From a virus: DNA of 35,977 nucleotides. The stretch lies in IMG/VR virus record IMGVR_UViG_3300045988_082157; one strand, written 5' to 3'. Within the stretch, counting starts at the first letter, position 1; each line of letters starts with the position of its first letter. The notes under the pieces are model-generated. The model was not told the origin of the DNA. It ran no database searches and worked only from the letters and a program-made list of their open reading frames with translations. Of the stretch, positions 33,089 to 35,977 are shown piece by piece. A program made the position numbers and the translations under genes.

Positions 33089-33796
33089 TTAATTCTGTTT
33101 TTCGATCGGAACGATTATTTTTTTATGTTCTCGCTTCTTCCAACACGATTTAAGCCCATCGATGTGCTCGAATAAATCCTTTGGGATTGTCGCCTCCATT
33201 GGGTCAAGGATGAAGTCAATCCCTTCCCGTCTGGCCAGTTTTGCTGCTGGTACGAAGTCGCTGTCGCCCGCAAGCAAGATTATCTGATCCACTTGCTTTT
33301 TGTAAGCTAACGATGCAATATCCAATCCGATGCGCATATCAACGCCTTTTTGGTTGAAGGAAATCGTAAAGTCTGATTCTTTCAAATCATCAACGTTTCG
33401 CTCTTTTCGGCACAGCGCCTTTGTTGCATCCGCGGAAAGTGCAAAGTGTGCACCGGCGTCAGACAACCGCCCCATCCGAAGTGCGACCTTGCGCTTCTTT
33501 TTCAATTCCTCAAAAAATGCATTTGCCCAACGGTAAGTATCGGATTTCCCGAAGTCGATCCCGCGCTTCAACGCCGGGTGATAGACTGTCTTTTTGAGCG
33601 GCGGGCAATCGTAATAGAAGATACGATACAGTTCACGTTCTTCTCTGTGATCATTGTCCTTTCCCTCGTCGCGAATATGCGTCATGCAATAGGCATACAA
33701 TTCGTTTGCACGGTCAATCGGGCTTTTATCGCCCCGAAGGTAAAACGCTCGCTTTCTGTAAAATGCACCATCTACAAGAATCGCTGTCTTTTTCAT
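33089..33796 (-). CDS. NYN (LabA-like, PIN-fold) domain protein, putative RNase
   Basis: ILVDGAFY, GVDMRIGLDI and ILLAGDSDFVPA motifs in the NYN order. The gene is visibly AT-richer than the rest of the phage and has its own promoter and terminators. Confidence 0.8.
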   Translation of the reverse strand: MKKTAILVDGAFYRKRAFYLRGDKSPIDRANELYAYCMTHIRDEGKDNDHREERELYRIFYYDCPPLKKTVYHPALKRGIDFGKSDTYRWANAFFEELKKKRKVALRMGRLSDAGAHFALSADATKALCRKERNVDDLKESDFTISFNQKGVDMRIGLDIASLAYKKQVDQIILLAGDSDFVPAAKLARREGIDFILDPMEATIPKDLFEHIDGLKSCWKKREHKKIIVPIEKQN

Positions 33797-33921
33797 ATGT
33801 CAGCTCCTAAAAAATGATGAAGCCCCCGGTTGCAGCATTCCCCGTATGAATGGGGTGCTTAATACCGGGGGCCTGTTAATGGCACAACGGACGTAGTAAA
33901 CAAACATTACTTTCGTTGTGC
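33797..33921 (-). promoter_or_regulatory. Structured ~120-nt leader of the NYN gene (two consecutive stem-loops, the second followed by a U-run)
   Basis: Stem 1 is GCACAACG (33882-33889) / CGTTGTGC (33914-33921). Stem 2 is GCCCCCGG (33822-33829) / CCGGGGGC (33865-33872), with an inner CCCC/GGGG helix. The A-run at 33809-33814 gives U6 on the transcript, just before the AGGAG RBS. Confidence 0.4.
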
Positions 33922-33925
33922 TTAT

Positions 33926-33954
33926 ATATTATGACAGCGAAAATTCAATGTCAA
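33926..33954 (-). promoter_or_regulatory. Near-consensus sigma-70-type promoter for the NYN gene
   Basis: The minus strand reads TTGACA-17 nt-TAATAT. Confidence 0.6.
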
Positions 33955-33980
33955 CCCATTTTGAAAAATTTAATATTCAA

Positions 33981-34003
33981 GAGCCGCCCTATCCGGGCGG
34001 CTC
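33981..34003 (-). terminator. Hairpin terminator at the end of the lysis/regulator operon
   Basis: GAGCCGCCC-tatcc-GGGCGGCTC spans the stop codon of the 74-aa gene. AT/T-rich sequence follows on the minus strand. Confidence 0.55.
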
Positions 34004-34213
34004 CTTTGCATGCTCCCGCAGTACATTCATGCACCGCGCTATGATCTTCTTGACGCCGTTTACGCTCAAGCCCTCGCGCTCGGCAATGCGCTCATGGCTC
34101 CAATCGTCAAGGATCTTCCGTTTCAGGATCGTCCGGTATCGCTCCGAAAGAATCCATTCGTCGATCAAATGCTCCCAATCGCTGCGGCCCAGACTCGGAA
34201 GCCCCCGCAGCAT
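33989..34213 (-). CDS. Small sigma-70 region-4-like HTH protein (74 aa)
   Basis: LSERYRTILKRKILDDWSHERIAEREGLSVNGVKKIIARCMNVL pattern. Strong RBS AAGGAGG. Confidence 0.6.
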   Translation of the reverse strand: MLRGLPSLGRSDWEHLIDEWILSERYRTILKRKILDDWSHERIAEREGLSVNGVKKIIARCMNVLREHAKEPPG

Positions 34214-34222
34214 ATGTCCTCC

Positions 34223-34918
34223 TTACTTACTCTCCAGCACGGCGATATTGCCCTTATTGCTGACTTTCAGACCCAGCGCGGCGGCAATGTCGCGCACCTT
34301 GACATAGTTCGTGCCGTTTTTCAGGATGCGCTCGACGGATACTTCCTTGCCGTCCACGATCATTTTCGACTTTTCAACCACTTCATCATCAATCCTTTCC
34401 TTGAATCTCGCCCACTGCACGTTGCCGGACGTGTTGTAGTGGGTGTTAATATCGTCTCCGACAAACGGCCTCGGGCACATCTTGCCGGACACATCGTAGT
34501 GCCGGATGACGTTCTCAGCGGGGATGTTGTACTGCTTCATGAGCCGCCGGATGAGCCACACGGCGTTTTCAAGCGTATGCTCGTCAAAGTACCAGTCCGT
34601 GTCATACGCGCCAAGACGCGCCTTGTTGACCTTCCTAGGGCGTACCTCCACGCCGATGGAATTCCAGTTGCGGCACTCCGGGTGCTTCTGTCCGTCTCCG
34701 CAGTGCCACGCAATGTCGGACTCCTTCACGCAGCGGTAGATGGTGCTGCCCTCATCCACGGCATAGTGCGCGCTGGCTCTGGCCTGCGGATTCTTAAACC
34801 ACTCCGCCACGCTTGCTGCCGTGCCGAGCGCGCCAAAGTAGTGCACCACGATGTATTTCGGGCGGCAGCCGCCCTTGCTGTGGTTGCAGCTCGTCAGAGC
34901 GTCCTTAATTACCGGCAT
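34223..34918 (-). CDS. Endolysin: N-acetylmuramoyl-L-alanine amidase (Amidase_2/PGRP type) with a C-terminal cell-wall-binding-like domain
   Basis: KYIVVHYFGALGTAASVAEWF...AHYAVD...AWHCG motifs. The C-terminus reads VDGKEVSVERILKNGTNYVKVRDIAAALGL. The ATG at 34918 is preferred; 34951 is an alternative. Confidence 0.85.
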   Translation of the reverse strand: MPVIKDALTSCNHSKGGCRPKYIVVHYFGALGTAASVAEWFKNPQARASAHYAVDEGSTIYRCVKESDIAWHCGDGQKHPECRNWNSIGVEVRPRKVNKARLGAYDTDWYFDEHTLENAVWLIRRLMKQYNIPAENVIRHYDVSGKMCPRPFVGDDINTHYNTSGNVQWARFKERIDDEVVEKSKMIVDGKEVSVERILKNGTNYVKVRDIAAALGLKVSNKGNIAVLESK

Positions 34919-35129
34919 CTCCCGCGCCGCCTCCTTTCTCGTCCACCGCATCCTGAAGCTTCTGGCTCTGCGTTCCGAAGTAGAACGCGATGATGACCGC
35001 GTAGATGGTCATGAAGTCCTGCGAGATCTTCCCGGCCACCGCCATGTAGGCGAACACGCCCGTCAGCACCAGCGTCACCAGCGACTTCACGCTCAGCAGA
35101 TTCCCCAGCCGTTTCTTGATATTATCCAT
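34905..35129 (-). CDS. Putative holin (74 aa, 2 TM)
   Basis: MDNIKKRLGNLLSVKSLVTLVLTGVFAYMAV...IIAFYFGTQ. The ATG at 35129 follows GGAGG. Confidence 0.65.
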   Translation of the reverse strand: MDNIKKRLGNLLSVKSLVTLVLTGVFAYMAVAGKISQDFMTIYAVIIAFYFGTQSQKLQDAVDEKGGGAGDAGN

Positions 35130-35388
35130 CGTATGTACCTCCATCGTCTTTATCATTTGGTTTTGCAAATACACGTTTTACAAGCAGGAGCAGCAGCTCC
35201 CCGCCGAAGGCCGCGCCCGCGAACACCAGCACGTCCGAAAGGTCGCACGTCCGGTCGAGCAGCAGCGCCGCCGTCTTGACGACCATCGCCCACGCGAGCG
35301 CCGCCGTCAGCGCCCAGAGGCAGTAGTACACCAGCTCCCGCGCCATCTTGCCCTTGGTCACGCGCGACTTCTTCACGATCTTCGGCAT
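35122..35388 (-). CDS. Putative second holin/membrane lysis protein (88 aa)
   Basis: Two hydrophobic helices. The ATG at 35388 lies immediately after the xhlA-like stop. Confidence 0.55.
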   Translation of the reverse strand: MPKIVKKSRVTKGKMARELVYYCLWALTAALAWAMVVKTAALLLDRTCDLSDVLVFAGAAFGGELLLLLVKRVFAKPNDKDDGGTYDG

Positions 35389-35389
35389 T

Positions 35390-35689
35390 TCATCCACCCA
35401 CCCCCAGCTTTGCCAGTGCAAATCCGATCAGCCCCGCGATGAGCGCGGTAATGACGCCCTTCACGACCGCCTCCCAGCGGCTTGCCGGCAGCGCCTTGAG
35501 GCTTTTCACATCGGCCTTGATCTCGTTCACGTTTTCCTCGATCGTCTCCTGCTTGGTGGCCAGAACCTCCACCGAGGTCGCCAGCTGATGCAGCGCCCGG
35601 TTGTCCTCCTCCAGGTCGTTGATGCGGTGCGTGTTCGACTTGCACCGCGCATCCAGCGAGGCGATCTGCGCCTGAATCCCGTCTTCCAT
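35390..35689 (-). CDS. xhlA: XhlA-type lysis-associated protein (coiled coil plus C-terminal TM)
   Basis: An N-terminal coiled coil is followed by RWEAVVKGVITALIAGLIGFALAKL. The ATG at 35689 follows AAAGGAG. Confidence 0.65.
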   Translation of the reverse strand: MEDGIQAQIASLDARCKSNTHRINDLEEDNRALHQLATSVEVLATKQETIEENVNEIKADVKSLKALPASRWEAVVKGVITALIAGLIGFALAKLGVGG

Positions 35690-35719
35690 CTTGTGCTCCT
35701 TTCTCGCGGGCATTGCCCG

Positions 35720-35977
35720 TCATGTGATTTCTTCGTCCAGTGTTACGATCAGATCCGCGCCCTTGCCCTTGGCAGACACACGGAAATACTTCGCCCCCTT
35801 CGGCGGTGCGACATTTTCGTCCGTAGAAAATGCCGCAGCGGCGTTCGGGTCCTCCACCTTGGTCGGGTAATAGATGCTGTTCCCGATCTGATTGTAGCCA
35901 AGTACGTTCCCCTTCAGCGAAAAGTCGGCATTGTACCACGCCAGCCTTGCGCCATATTCGTTCCATGCAATGCCGTC
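35720..35977 (-). CDS. C-terminal part of the metallophosphoesterase tail protein (continuation of 1-1699 across the circular junction; 35923-35977 duplicates 1-55)
   Basis: The frame is continuous across the junction (codon phase checked). It ends ...GKGADLIVTLDEEIT with a TGA at 35720-35722. Confidence 0.75.
   Translation of the reverse strand, partial: DGIAWNEYGARLAWYNADFSLKGNVLGYNQIGNSIYYPTKVEDPNAAAAFSTDENVAPPKGAKYFRVSAKGKGADLIVTLDEEIT
35923..35977. repeat. Terminal direct overlap, identical to 1-55
   Basis: Exact 55-nt match to the window start. Confidence 0.95.

Larger units (their letters stand above)
1..35977. mobile_element. Complete temperate siphovirus-type phage genome (unit length 35,922 bp) assembled as a circle
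   Basis: All expected modules are present: lysogeny switch, serine integrase, replication/partition, HNH-terminase-portal-protease-HK97 capsid, long-tail genes and lysis cassette. The window ends repeat each other exactly over 55 nt. Confidence 0.85.

Noticed and set aside
35373-35966. 197-aa minus-strand ORF spanning the XhlA-like gene and the end of the fibre protein
   Set aside because: It is out of frame with two well-supported genes, and its Gly/Arg-rich composition is typical of an alternative frame in GC-rich DNA.

Overview
The window is a complete temperate siphovirus-type phage genome assembled as a circle. The first 55 nt (1-55) are repeated exactly at 35923-35977, so the unit length is 35,922 bp. 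GC content is high (roughly 58-60% by eye). The gene content (Amidase_2 endolysin, XhlA-type lysis protein, large serine recombinase, phi13-like major tail protein) points to a Gram-positive, Clostridia-like host; that host call is inference.

Nearly all genes are on the minus strand, in this order:
- A divergent lysogeny switch at about 27.6-27.75 kb.
- Early, replication and partition genes at 27.6 to 18.3 kb: a Cro-like HTH protein, an iteron-containing replication initiator, a DnaB helicase, ParA/ParB, a run of small Cys-rich proteins and an HUH rolling-circle Rep.
- An HK97-type packaging and head module at 18.2 to 12.1 kb: HNH, a 270-bp candidate cos region, a TerS-TerL single ORF, portal, prohead protease and major capsid.
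- Connector and tail genes at 12.06 to 1.7 kb: major tail protein, G/GT chaperones with a slippery site, tape measure, an FN3-rich Dit-like protein, a Tal-like protein and a collagen-repeat fibre.
- A metallophosphoesterase-containing tail protein that is absent from the ORF track because it crosses the circular junction (1699 down to 1, then 35922 down to 35720).
- The lysis cassette at 35.7 to 34.2 kb.
- A cargo (moron) block at 34.2 to 31.56 kb that includes an NYN RNase gene with its own promoter, structured leader and terminators.

The plus strand carries the CI-like repressor, a 383-aa HIRAN-like/TM/Zn-ribbon membrane protein, an HTH-TM protein and the large serine integrase (27.76-31.5 kb).

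The most notable non-genic signals are:
- A 21-bp hairpin motif present in 4 dispersed copies, one inside parB (candidate parS).
- Lambda-O-style iterons plus an AT-rich tract inside the replication initiator gene.
- A 50-bp element with perfect 19-bp inverted arms next to the integrase (attP or terminator).

All functional calls come from motif recognition by eye. No database search was possible.
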